DNA of 63,843 bases, filler included, from Octopus bimaculoides (taxonomy: Eukaryota), in assembly GCF_001194135.2 (NCBI RefSeq). It is 7 parts of 7 records of this genome, joined end to end, with 100 filler letters (N's around TTAATTAATTAA, not from the genome) between each part and the next. Parts side by side here need not be neighbours in the genome. Positions count along the whole stretch, not along the records: positions 62,688 to 63,843 come from NC_069007.1; 6 more parts are not named here. One strand, given 5' to 3'. Below are positions 63,803 to 63,843 of this stretch, one piece after another. A model generated the notes under the pieces. The model was not told the origin of the DNA and ran no database searches. It saw only the letters and a list, made by a program, of their open reading frames with translations. The position numbers and the translations under genes were made by a program. How positions within the stretch are numbered: the stretch's first letter is position 1; the number at the start of each line of letters is the position of its first letter.

Positions 63803-63843
<41 letters not shown>

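Overview
This is an AT-rich, gap-riddled eukaryotic window with no recognisable host protein-coding exon. The repeat families and style are most consistent with an octopus (coleoid cephalopod) intron or intergenic region; this is an inference. It is a mosaic of microsatellites, about 45 tRNA-derived or RTE-related SINE copies from several modular families, and small DNA-transposon elements (piggyBac-, Tigger- and TA-flanked MITEs; Lep1-like non-autonomous Helitrons). It also holds decayed autonomous-element fragments: two Penelope-like RTs, an RTE LINE, an R4/Dong LINE 3' end, CR1-type pieces, and mariner, maT/Tc1 and Tigger transposases. A 28S rRNA fragment and an interstitial telomere-like array are present. 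The most notable signal is a set of self-cleaving-ribozyme motifs read by eye: (i) two different type I hammerheads on opposite strands, pointing apart, at 44070-44342; (ii) a tRNA-headed SINE-like element carrying a minimal Penelope-type hammerhead (1945-2203, minus); (iii) a hammerhead core in a ~236-bp tandem unit (53230-53541); (iv) an HDV-like relic at the 5' end of an RTE UTR (4453-4539). All folds and family names are manual and need computational and experimental confirmation. Coordinates of decayed repeats are approximate to about 10 bp.
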